Assembly (NCBI GenBank): GCA_964491605.1
Contig: CAZBGY010000002.1
Location: 82,829-146,828, forward strand
Reading direction: 5' to 3'
Length of the DNA stretch: 64,000 bases
DNA from: an uncultured Candidatus Bathyarchaeia archaeon
GTDB lineage: Archaea > Thermoproteota > CALKCG01 > B24 > DRYS01
Each line of letters starts with the position of its first letter. Position 1 is the stretch's first letter. This document shows, piece by piece, positions 27,860 to 36,667 of the stretch. The notes under the pieces are model-generated. The model did not search any database. It saw only the letters and a list, made by a program, of their open reading frames with translations, and was not told the DNA's origin. The position numbers and the translations under genes are program-made.

Positions 27860-29260
27860 TTGAGACTAAAAGAATGCTGTGGGGTATTCGGAGCTATTTC
27901 TAGTACTTTGCCTAACATTGGTGTAGCTGAGCTGATATTCCATGGATTACTAGCTCTTCAACATAGAGGACAAGAATCCGCAGGGATTAGCGTAGTTAGC
28001 CATGACCGCCTACATACTTATAAGGGGTTAGGCTTAGTTTCGGGGGTATTCAATCCGAGAAGATTAAAGTCTCTCGATGGTATATGTGGGATAGGCCATG
28101 TGAGGTATTCTACTCGCGGTGCGAATAGACTGGAGAATAGTCAGCCTATGGAGTTCGATGGTAGACCAAGATTTTCACTCTGCTTTAACGGTACCATCGC
28201 TAACTATGAGCAACTTAAGAGAGAGTTGGAGAGTGAAGGATACTGCTTCTCCACGACCTCGGATCTAGAGGTTATCGGTTATCTTATATCGAGATATCTT
28301 AGGAAGGGGGGTAGTCTAGTAGATGCTATAGAGTATGCTATGCGAAGACTCATCGGAGCATACTCGGCTGCATTACTTACGGAGGATAAGTTACTATTAG
28401 CTTTCAGAGATCCATACGGAATTAAACCTCTATGTATAGGTGTTGGAGAGGATTCAAGCTACTTTCTCTCATCTGAAAGTTCAGCTTTCGATGCTACAGG
28501 AGCTAGATTTGTGAAGGATGTATCCCCAGGTACTGTTATCCTGATGGATGGGGAGCCTGTAGAGATAGGCTGCATGGAAAGTAGTAGGCATGCACACTGT
28601 ATGTTTGAATGGGTTTACTTTTCACGTCCAGATTCAACGATAGAGGGTGTAAGCGTATATGAGGCTAGGTATAGGCTTGGAAGGAAGCTTGCAGAACTAT
28701 GCAGCATGGATGCGGATATAGTTGTACCAGTACCGGAGACTAGTAGGATAGCTGCGTTAGGATTTTCTGAGAGAAGCGGGATCCCGTTAGCTGAAGGGTT
28801 CAGCGTCAATAGGTATGTATGGAGGACGTTCATAATGCCTGAGGAGAGGGGGGAGTATGTATCCGTGAAATTTAACCCTATAAGGGAGGTTTTAAGGGGG
28901 AGACGCGTTATGGTAATCGATGATAGTATAGTTAGGGGAACAACTTCTAGAACCCTTGTTTCTATCCTCCGCAAAGCTGGTGCTAGAGAAGTTCATCTAG
29001 CGGTTACATGCCCGCCGATAATCTCGCCATGCTATATGGGTATAGATTTCCCGACGTATGACGAGCTTATAGCTTATGGTAGAAGCTTAGAGGATATTAG
29101 GAGGAGTATAGGCGCCGATAGCTTAACCTATATGACGGTAGATGGATTGGTGGAATGTATAGGTATAGGTGAATCGGAGCTTTGTCTAGCTTGCTTAACA
29201 GGTATATACCCGATAGAGGTTGACCCTAAACTTCTAAGCAGGAGGTGGATTAAGGATTGA
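27860..29260 (+). CDS. purF: Amidophosphoribosyltransferase (glutamine-PRPP amidotransferase)
   Basis: Short propeptide followed by CGVFG (Ntn Cys), HVRYST, FNGTI, VIDDSIVRGTT (PRPP loop) and Cys ligands for an Fe-S cluster. The TTG at 27860 follows GGAGGAGGAGAG. The track start is TTG 27833. Confidence 0.9.
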   Translation: MRLKECCGVFGAISSTLPNIGVAELIFHGLLALQHRGQESAGISVVSHDRLHTYKGLGLVSGVFNPRRLKSLDGICGIGHVRYSTRGANRLENSQPMEFDGRPRFSLCFNGTIANYEQLKRELESEGYCFSTTSDLEVIGYLISRYLRKGGSLVDAIEYAMRRLIGAYSAALLTEDKLLLAFRDPYGIKPLCIGVGEDSSYFLSSESSAFDATGARFVKDVSPGTVILMDGEPVEIGCMESSRHAHCMFEWVYFSRPDSTIEGVSVYEARYRLGRKLAELCSMDADIVVPVPETSRIAALGFSERSGIPLAEGFSVNRYVWRTFIMPEERGEYVSVKFNPIREVLRGRRVMVIDDSIVRGTTSRTLVSILRKAGAREVHLAVTCPPIISPCYMGIDFPTYDELIAYGRSLEDIRRSIGADSLTYMTVDGLVECIGIGESELCLACLTGIYPIEVDPKLLSRRWIKD

Positions 29261-30543
29261 GCGGGATTCTAGGTATATACGCTTTCGATGAGCTATGGTC
29301 TATATCTAGATTCCTATACTATGGTTTAATGGGTCTTCAACATAGGGGGCAGGAGTATAGCTCCATAACTACATGGAGGGATGGGGAGATCTATACGAAA
29401 ACATCTAAAGGGTTAGTTGAGGAGGGATTTACAGAATCTAGTATCGGTAGGCTCAAAGGGTATGTAGGATGCGGATGCGTATCCACGAATAGGAGGCTTG
29501 GGCGACCTATCATCATATCTAGGAGTGAGACAACCCTAATCCTATACGCTTCTGGAGGCTTAATCGACGCAGAGTTCCGTGAGTTAGCTGAGTTCCTTAC
29601 AGATGAGATTAAGAAGAGCGATATAGAGCAAGCTGGGTTAGCGGTTTTAGAGAAGTTTAAAGGAGGGTATAGTTTCATATGCATCACTAGCGATGGACGT
29701 ATGCTAGCAGCTAGAGACCCCTTAGGGGTTAAACCTCTATGCGTAGGTGGACTTGGCTTCGATTTAGCCGTATTAGCCTCCGAATCTTCCGCTCTAGATG
29801 TAGTCGGAGCCGATCTATCTAGAGATATAGAGCCTGGAGAAGTATTTGCTATCGAGAAGTTTGATATAAGAAGAGGGGTTATGAATTGTAGGAGAAGAGC
29901 GTACTGTTCATTCGAATACGTGTACTATGCTAGACCAGACTCCATAATCAACGGTATACATGTATACGATGTGAGGAGGAGGATAGGATTTATTCTATCT
30001 GAGATGGATCCTGTAGAAGCGGATATAGTTATAGGAGTCCCGGAGACGGCTGTACCGTTCGCTATGGCTTATTCTCAAGCTACAGGTATACCTGTGGAGG
30101 TAGGCTTCTACAGGACTGGTAGGAGTATGAGAACCGCGATAAGACCTACAGAGATCGAGAGGTTGATAGGCGTTCAGCTTAAATTGAATCCGATTAGAGC
30201 TGCTGTCAAAGGGAAAAGAGTGGTTTTGATAGATGATAGCGTCGTTAGAGGTACGACTCTTAGGAATACTGTATACCTGCTAAGAAAGAGGGGGGCGAAG
30301 GATGTCCATGTAAGGATAGGTAGCCCGGCTATAAGAGCTAGATGCCCCTACGGTACGGCTGTCCCATCTGAAGACGAGCTTATAGGTAGAGCTCTAACAC
30401 CTGAGGAGATAGCTGAAGTTATAGGTGCTGATAGTTTCAGCTATCTACCCGTGGATGGGCTTATCGAAGCTATAGGTCTACCCGGAGATTCACTATGTCT
30501 AGGATGCTTCACTGGAACATATCCTGATATCGAGGTGGTTTAG
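29257..30543 (+). CDS. PurF paralog with degenerate glutaminase domain (Ser replaces the Cys1 nucleophile)
   Basis: Starts MSGILGIY instead of MCGI/CGVFG. HVRYST is replaced by GCVSTN and (H/F)NG(N/T) by ASGG. The PRPP loop LIDDSVVRGTT is retained. The TTGA start overlaps the purF stop. Confidence 0.8.
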   Translation: MSGILGIYAFDELWSISRFLYYGLMGLQHRGQEYSSITTWRDGEIYTKTSKGLVEEGFTESSIGRLKGYVGCGCVSTNRRLGRPIIISRSETTLILYASGGLIDAEFRELAEFLTDEIKKSDIEQAGLAVLEKFKGGYSFICITSDGRMLAARDPLGVKPLCVGGLGFDLAVLASESSALDVVGADLSRDIEPGEVFAIEKFDIRRGVMNCRRRAYCSFEYVYYARPDSIINGIHVYDVRRRIGFILSEMDPVEADIVIGVPETAVPFAMAYSQATGIPVEVGFYRTGRSMRTAIRPTEIERLIGVQLKLNPIRAAVKGKRVVLIDDSVVRGTTLRNTVYLLRKRGAKDVHVRIGSPAIRARCPYGTAVPSEDELIGRALTPEEIAEVIGADSFSYLPVDGLIEAIGLPGDSLCLGCFTGTYPDIEVV

Positions 30544-32013
30544 ATGAAGATTCTACTCGTAGGTGATGGATCTAGGGAGCATGCGATAGCCGAGGCTTTA
30601 GCTAGGAGCGTGAAGGAGCCTAGGATCTATGCTTTAATGCATTTAATTAACCCAGGGATAGCTAGGGTATGCAGACAAAGTGGGGGGGATTATCGTAGAG
30701 GCTCCCCGATAGATCCCATCCAGGTAGCAGACTATGCAGAAGAGTTGAATGTGGATTTCGTATTCGTAGGACCTGAAGAGCCTTTATTCCATGGAGTAGC
30801 CGATGAGGTTGAACGTAGGGGTATAGGATGTATAGGTGCACATAAAGCTGTAGCGGAGATAGAGATGTCTAAAGCCTATATGAGGAGGCTCATGTGGAAG
30901 TATGAGATACCTGGGAGGCTTAGGTTTAAGTCTTTTAGAAGCATCGAAGATGCCATAGCGTACATAAGCGAGTATGCTGAAAGCTTAGCTATAAAACCTG
31001 CTAGGCAAGCTGGTGGTAAGGGTGTTAAGGTTATAGCGGATATGCAGGCATACCTTTCTGGGGAGAAGAGAGAGGTAAAAGCTAAGCATGCCGAAAGAGT
31101 TGTTAAGGAGCACATGAAGGATTACACGGATATAGAGGATAAGATTCTATTAGAGGAGAAGGTTGAGGGCCCTGAGTATACGCTTCAATGCTTCAGCGAT
31201 GGGGAAACGATACTCCCCATGCCTCTAGTCCAAGATAATAAGCATGCCTACGAGGATGATCTAGGGCCTGAAACAGGCGGTATGGGTTCTATATGTGGTA
31301 AAGGGTTAACCCTACCGTTCATAACCATGGAGGAGTATAGTAGATCTGTCGAGATAGTTAAGAGGATGGTTGAAGCTGTACAGAAAGAGACCGGCGAACC
31401 GTATCGCGGTGTAGTCGCGGGGCAGATGATGCTAACCGATAAATGGGGTCCGACGATAATAGAGATGTATAGTAGATTCGGACAGCCTGAAGGAGAGAAT
31501 ATTCTCCCCCTACTCGAAACGGATATGGTGGAGATATGCGAAGCTATACTCGAACGGAAGCTTTCGAAGATTAAGCTTGAATTCCGTGAGAAAGCTTCTG
31601 TTGTTAAGTGTATCGCTCCGCTCGGCTATCCTGAGAGGAGGGATCTAGCTAGAGGTCATCCTATAGCCGCAGATGAAGAAGCTATAGTTAGGAGGGGAGG
31701 GAAGCTTTTCTGGAGTTCTATAGATATGGTGGATGGGATACTGATAACCGGCGGATCGAGAGCATGCGAGATCTATGCTGAAGCAGATAGCATAGAGGAA
31801 GCTTCTGAGATAGCTGAGAGGTGCATACCTTACGTGAAGCTTCTAGATGGGTGGAGGTTATTCTATAGAAGCGATATAGGCACTCCAAGATCCCTGGAGA
31901 AGAGGAAGAGGCTCGCTGATCTCGTACGTGAGATATACCAGTATAGAGAGAGGAAAGGTATACTCGGTCGAACCATAGATTGGATACCTGGCAGGGGGAA
32001 GATAGAACTATAG
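30544..32013 (+). CDS. purD: Phosphoribosylamine-glycine ligase (with ~60 aa C-terminal extension)
   Basis: [14 protein letters not shown] start and ATP-grasp body. At 489 aa it is longer than the usual ~430 aa. Confidence 0.9.
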   Translation: MKILLVGDGSREHAIAEALARSVKEPRIYALMHLINPGIARVCRQSGGDYRRGSPIDPIQVADYAEELNVDFVFVGPEEPLFHGVADEVERRGIGCIGAHKAVAEIEMSKAYMRRLMWKYEIPGRLRFKSFRSIEDAIAYISEYAESLAIKPARQAGGKGVKVIADMQAYLSGEKREVKAKHAERVVKEHMKDYTDIEDKILLEEKVEGPEYTLQCFSDGETILPMPLVQDNKHAYEDDLGPETGGMGSICGKGLTLPFITMEEYSRSVEIVKRMVEAVQKETGEPYRGVVAGQMMLTDKWGPTIIEMYSRFGQPEGENILPLLETDMVEICEAILERKLSKIKLEFREKASVVKCIAPLGYPERRDLARGHPIAADEEAIVRRGGKLFWSSIDMVDGILITGGSRACEIYAEADSIEEASEIAERCIPYVKLLDGWRLFYRSDIGTPRSLEKRKRLADLVREIYQYRERKGILGRTIDWIPGRGKIEL

Positions 32014-32044
32014 GTGTAGGGGTGATATCATTCTGAAACATGTT

Positions 32045-33289
32045 ATGAAGCTGATAGATGTGGATCCAGAGGTAGCGGAGTTAATAGCGAAAGAGAATGA
32101 AAGGCAGGTATACGGCATAGATCTTATAGCATCGGAGAACTATGTATTCGAACCGATTATAGAAGCTCAAGCAAGCTTGTTGACTAATAAGTATGCGGAG
32201 GGTTATCCTGGGAGGAGGTATTACAGCGGATGCGAATTCTACGATGAGATAGAGAGGATAGCTATAGAGAGAGCGAAACGATTATTCGGTGCGGAGCACG
32301 CTAATGTTCAACCCCATTCCGGTAGCCAAGCTAACCAAGCGGTTTACCTCGCGGCTTTAAAGCCTGGGGATAAAGTCCTAGCTATGGATCTAGCACATGG
32401 AGGGCATCTAACCCATGGAAGCCCTATAAACTTCTCAGGTATCTTCTATAGATTCGCATTTTACGGAGTAGATAGGAATACAGAAGTTATAGACTACGAT
32501 GAGGTGGAGAGGATAGCTAGGGAGTATAAGCCTAAACTCATCATCGCAGGGGCAAGCGCGTATCCTAGGGAGATAGATTTTAAGAGGTTTAAGGAGATCT
32601 GCGATGAAGTCGGAGCATTACTGATGGTTGATATGGCGCATATCGCTGGGCTTGTAGCAGCCGGGATCCATATGAATCCGGTACCGTATGCAGATTTCGT
32701 TACATCTACTACGCAGAAGACGTTGCGTGGACCTAGAGGTGGGTTTATACTTTGTCGTAAAGAGTGGGGGGAGGCTATAGATAGAGCTGTATTCCCAGGT
32801 ACGCAGAGCGGCCCTTTGATGCATATAATCGCAGCTAAAGCTGTATGCTTTAAGCTAGCTGCTACAGAGGAGTTTAAGGAGTATCAACGTCTAGTGGTTG
32901 AGGATGCTAAAGCTTTAGCTTCAAGTCTATCTGATAGGGGTTATAGAATCGTAAGCGGGGGGACGGATAACCATCTACTACTGGTAGATCTTAGAGGTAA
33001 GGGTATAACCGGGCTCAGAGCTCAGAGGATACTCGAGAAAGCACGTATATATGTTAATAGGAATCTAGTACCCTACGATGACAAGCCTCCTTACATTACT
33101 AGCGGTTTAAGGTTAGGGACACCGTGCGTAGCGGCTAGAGGTATGGGTAGATATGAAATGGATGAGATAGCTGAGATGATAGACCGTGTCATAAGGAATA
33201 ACGGTGATCAAGCTACCGTAGAGCAGGTTGGAAGACTCGTAGTCGATATATGCAGGAGGTTCCCGATCTATGATGGATGGATCGAGTAG
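32045..33289 (+). CDS. glyA: Serine hydroxymethyltransferase (bacterial-like sequence type)
   Basis: [16 protein letters not shown] and [14 protein letters not shown] (PLP Lys225). The residue before the Lys is Gln instead of the usual His. Confidence 0.95.
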   Translation: MKLIDVDPEVAELIAKENERQVYGIDLIASENYVFEPIIEAQASLLTNKYAEGYPGRRYYSGCEFYDEIERIAIERAKRLFGAEHANVQPHSGSQANQAVYLAALKPGDKVLAMDLAHGGHLTHGSPINFSGIFYRFAFYGVDRNTEVIDYDEVERIAREYKPKLIIAGASAYPREIDFKRFKEICDEVGALLMVDMAHIAGLVAAGIHMNPVPYADFVTSTTQKTLRGPRGGFILCRKEWGEAIDRAVFPGTQSGPLMHIIAAKAVCFKLAATEEFKEYQRLVVEDAKALASSLSDRGYRIVSGGTDNHLLLVDLRGKGITGLRAQRILEKARIYVNRNLVPYDDKPPYITSGLRLGTPCVAARGMGRYEMDEIAEMIDRVIRNNGDQATVEQVGRLVVDICRRFPIYDGWIE

Positions 33290-34136
33290 AGCGAAAATTA
33301 TGGATGGTAGATGTATAGCAGATCATATGTGTAGAATACATAGGGAGATTGCAGCTGAACTTTCCCGTAGAGGTGTGAAGCCGAGGTTATCGATAATAAT
33401 GGTTGGGGGAGATCCTGCTTCTGAATTATTCGTGAGGAATAAGGTTAGATACTGCGGAAAAGTCGGTGTAGATACTACAGTTATACGTAAACCTGACTCT
33501 ATTAGCTTAGAATCTCTTCTGGAAATAGTGAAATCGTTGAATGATGATCCGGATGTTCATGGAATACTCGTACAGCTACCTCTACCAGAACATATCGATC
33601 CTTATAGGATACTTTCAGCTTTAGATCCAAGTAAAGATGTAGATGGTCTAACACCTGTTAATTTGGGTAGACTTATGCATTTGGATGAATCTCTAGCTCC
33701 ATGCGGAGCTAGAGCTGTCGTGAAGATACTAGAGTATTACGGAGTTGAACTGGAGGGGGCTGAGGTATGCATAGTGAGTAACAGTGTATTGGTGGGTAAA
33801 CCTCTCTCGATACTTCTAACGAATAGGTTTGCGACAGTATCCATATGCCATGCTAAGACTAGAGATCTATCATCCTACACCTCCGGTTCAGATATAGTTG
33901 TATCAGCTACCGGTGTCCCGTTACTCATAAAAGCTTCGATGATACGCGATGGAGCCATAGTGGTAGATGTAGGCGTATCTAGATTTGAGGGGAGGATAGT
34001 CGGGGACGTTGATTTCGAAGATGTCGCGTCTAAAGCCTCTATGATAACACCTGTACCCGGCGGTGTAGGTCCGGTAACCGTAGCTATGGTTGTAGATAAC
34101 CTCTTCCAAGCTATGAAGCTTCAAGGGGTGGCATGA
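33270..34136 (+). CDS. folD: Bifunctional methylene-THF dehydrogenase / methenyl-THF cyclohydrolase
   Basis: [27 protein letters not shown] and PVPGGVGP.T. Confidence 0.9.
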   Translation: MMDGSSRAKIMDGRCIADHMCRIHREIAAELSRRGVKPRLSIIMVGGDPASELFVRNKVRYCGKVGVDTTVIRKPDSISLESLLEIVKSLNDDPDVHGILVQLPLPEHIDPYRILSALDPSKDVDGLTPVNLGRLMHLDESLAPCGARAVVKILEYYGVELEGAEVCIVSNSVLVGKPLSILLTNRFATVSICHAKTRDLSSYTSGSDIVVSATGVPLLIKASMIRDGAIVVDVGVSRFEGRIVGDVDFEDVASKASMITPVPGGVGPVTVAMVVDNLFQAMKLQGVA

Positions 34137-34137
34137 T

Positions 34138-34800
34138 CTGGAATCTAATGTAATATATCCCGTTAAGGGTAGAGCTTTAAGGATAGCTGTCTTAGGATCG
34201 ACTAGAGGGACTGATCTGCAGGCTATAATAGATTCTATAAGAGAGGGGAAGCTCTACGCTGAGATAGTATGCGTTATAAGCAATAAGAGAGATGCGTACA
34301 TACTCGAAAGAGCTAGGATGAACAGTATAGAGGCTATATTCTTAGATCCTAAGGGTCTTTCAAGGGAAGAGTATGACAGGATCGTCATAAGGGAGCTTGA
34401 GAAGAGGGAGCCGATAGATCTAATACTATTGATAGGCTATATGAGGATACTCAGTAAGGTTTTCATAGATAGATTTAGATGGAGAATACTTAATATCCAT
34501 CCATCACTACTACCAGCCTTTGCTGGCGGTATGGATTTAGAAGTGCATAAAGCAGTTTTAGATTACGGTGTTAAGGTAACCGGTTGTACGTTACACTTCG
34601 TAGATGAGGGAGTGGATACCGGGCCGATACTTATACAGAAGGTCGTATATATTAGCGATGATGATACACCTGTAACTCTTAAAGCTAAAGTGCAGGAGAA
34701 GGAGCAGGAAGCGTTGATAGAAGCTATAAGGATCTTCCAAGAGAAGGTTATACGGATTGAGGGGAGACGCGTTAAAATCCTGAACGATAACACGGCTTAA
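34138..34800 (+). CDS. purN: Phosphoribosylglycinamide formyltransferase (start codon unresolved)
   Basis: The in-frame translation upstream of the track ATG (34318) reads ...RALRIAVLGSTRGTDLQAIIDSIREGKLYAEIVCVISNKRDAYILERAR, which is the conserved PurN N-terminus. NIHPSLLP and HFVDEGVDTGPI lie downstream. There is no ATG/GTG/TTG in frame between the upstream stop (34114-16) and 34318. Confidence 0.75.
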   Translation: MESNVIYPVKGRALRIAVLGSTRGTDLQAIIDSIREGKLYAEIVCVISNKRDAYILERARMNSIEAIFLDPKGLSREEYDRIVIRELEKREPIDLILLIGYMRILSKVFIDRFRWRILNIHPSLLPAFAGGMDLEVHKAVLDYGVKVTGCTLHFVDEGVDTGPILIQKVVYISDDDTPVTLKAKVQEKEQEALIEAIRIFQEKVIRIEGRRVKILNDNTA

Positions 34801-34838
34801 CCGTTGAGACCATCTAGATCGTTTTATGGTGGTATACT

Positions 34839-36176
34839 ATGATGAAATATGATGAAATCGTAAACTACATATACAATCTTAGAAGGGATAGGGCTAAATT
34901 CGATCTAAGAAATATAAGGAGGTTGGTTAAACTTATAGGGAATCCCCATGAAGAATTCGATTCTATACTAGTGGGGGGTACGAATGGAAAGGGGTCCACC
35001 GTATCGATGATATCATCGATACTCATGGAAGAGGGCTACCATGTAGGTATGTTCACGAAGCCTCATCTATCAAGCTATACGGAGAGATTCGTCTTAGATG
35101 GGAAGCCTATAAGTGAAGATAGGCTGCTGGAAGTATGCGAGGAGATCCTACCGTATGTGGAGAGGATGAGTAGATGCAAACGTTATGGTAGACCATCATT
35201 CTTCGAAGTTACGGTAGCTATCGCATTCAAACTATTCGCCGAGGAGAAGGTTGATATAGCTGTGGTTGAAGTTGGTCTTGGAGGGCGGCTTGATGCTACT
35301 AACGTTCTAGATCCGTTGGTCTCTGTAGTGACGAACGTGGATTTAGAGCATACACATATACTAGGAGATACGGTAGATAAGATAGCTAGAGAGAAGGGTG
35401 ATATAATTAAGCATGATGGGTTGGCAATCACAGCCGCCGATAAGATTGAAGCTCTTAGGGTGTTAGAGTGGATCGCTAGAAGGAGGAAAGCTAAACTCGT
35501 GGAGGTTGGTAGGGATATAACGTTTAACGTGAAGTATGCAGGGTTGGATGGAGAAATATTCGATCTTAAAGGTTTATCGAGAATATATGAGAGGCTAGCT
35601 TTAGGTATGGTCGGAGTACATCAAGTGGTTAACGCCGCTACGGCTGTAGGTGCCGTAGAACTTCTATCGTTAAGAGGCATCAAGGTGTCTGAGGGATCTA
35701 TTAGGAGGGGATTGAAGAAGGTTTCATGGCCTGGTAGATTCGAGATAATCGCACGTAAACCTATGATTATACTAGATTGCGCTAAGGATCCTAAAGCCGC
35801 TTCAACCCTGAGAAGCGAATTCGAAAGATTGTTTAGAGGTAGAAGAGTGATACTGGTAGTCAGTATATCATCGGATAAGGATTATAAAAGTATGATGAGG
35901 GAGTTCTGTAGTTTTTCAGATATAGTAGTCGCGTGTAGGCATAAGGTTATGGGGAGAGCTATAGATCCAAGGATACTAGCTTCTGAAGCTGAGCTGTACG
36001 GTAGGAAGGCTATGGTGGTAGAGGATGTGAAGGATGCCGTGACGATTGCTAGGATGCTCTCATCAGAAGAGGATATAATACTCGTGACAGGATCTGTTTT
36101 CACGGTAGGTGAGGCTAGAGACATATGGTTCCCTAGGAATACGTTTTTAGGTAGAAGTTTGAATGAAGGGGTGTAG
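34839..36176 (+). CDS. folC: Folylpolyglutamate synthase / dihydrofolate synthase (Mur ligase family)
   Basis: P-loop VGGTNGKGS, and VEVGLGGRLDATNV followed by a ..T....DH-type segment (TNVDLEHT), typical of FolC. Confidence 0.8.
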   Translation: MMKYDEIVNYIYNLRRDRAKFDLRNIRRLVKLIGNPHEEFDSILVGGTNGKGSTVSMISSILMEEGYHVGMFTKPHLSSYTERFVLDGKPISEDRLLEVCEEILPYVERMSRCKRYGRPSFFEVTVAIAFKLFAEEKVDIAVVEVGLGGRLDATNVLDPLVSVVTNVDLEHTHILGDTVDKIAREKGDIIKHDGLAITAADKIEALRVLEWIARRRKAKLVEVGRDITFNVKYAGLDGEIFDLKGLSRIYERLALGMVGVHQVVNAATAVGAVELLSLRGIKVSEGSIRRGLKKVSWPGRFEIIARKPMIILDCAKDPKAASTLRSEFERLFRGRRVILVVSISSDKDYKSMMREFCSFSDIVVACRHKVMGRAIDPRILASEAELYGRKAMVVEDVKDAVTIARMLSSEEDIILVTGSVFTVGEARDIWFPRNTFLGRSLNEGV

Positions 36177-36178
36177 CC

Positions 36179-36667
36179 GTGATGCAGAAATCAGTTAGTG
36201 CTTGGAGGATCTACGTAAGCTATAGTCAAGATACACTAGATCCAGTCAGTAAAAGGGTAAGATGGGAGATAGAGGATATGGGTGTGAAGGGTGTGGATAA
36301 GGTGAAGGTGATTCAAGGCTTCAGATTAATAGGGGATCTCTGCGAGGATCATATCAGACTCTTATGTGAAGAGCTTCTCTACGATCCTATAATCCAGGAG
36401 TATACGTACTTTTTGGAGGGGGAGCGTGATATCCAGCTGGATGGATGGATTATAGAGGTGAAGTATAAACCCGGAGTATTCGATAGCCTTGCTTCAAGCA
36501 TATTGGAGGCTTCGAGGATTATCGGCGTCGACAGCCTGTCATCCGTAGAAACTTTCACATTATACGTCCTCTATGGATGCCTAGATTATGATAGAGTCGA
36601 GCTGATAGCTAGGAGGTGTTTAGCAAATCCCATAATACATGATTATAAGATACTCCCGCCGATGTGA
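36179..36667 (+). CDS. purS: Tandem-fused PurS-PurS (FGAM synthase PurS component, duplicated)
   Basis: 162 aa made of two ~80 aa PurS-like halves (WRIYVSYSQDTLDPVS...; WIIEVKYKPGVFDSLAS...). Confidence 0.7.
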   Translation: MMQKSVSAWRIYVSYSQDTLDPVSKRVRWEIEDMGVKGVDKVKVIQGFRLIGDLCEDHIRLLCEELLYDPIIQEYTYFLEGERDIQLDGWIIEVKYKPGVFDSLASSILEASRIIGVDSLSSVETFTLYVLYGCLDYDRVELIARRCLANPIIHDYKILPPM

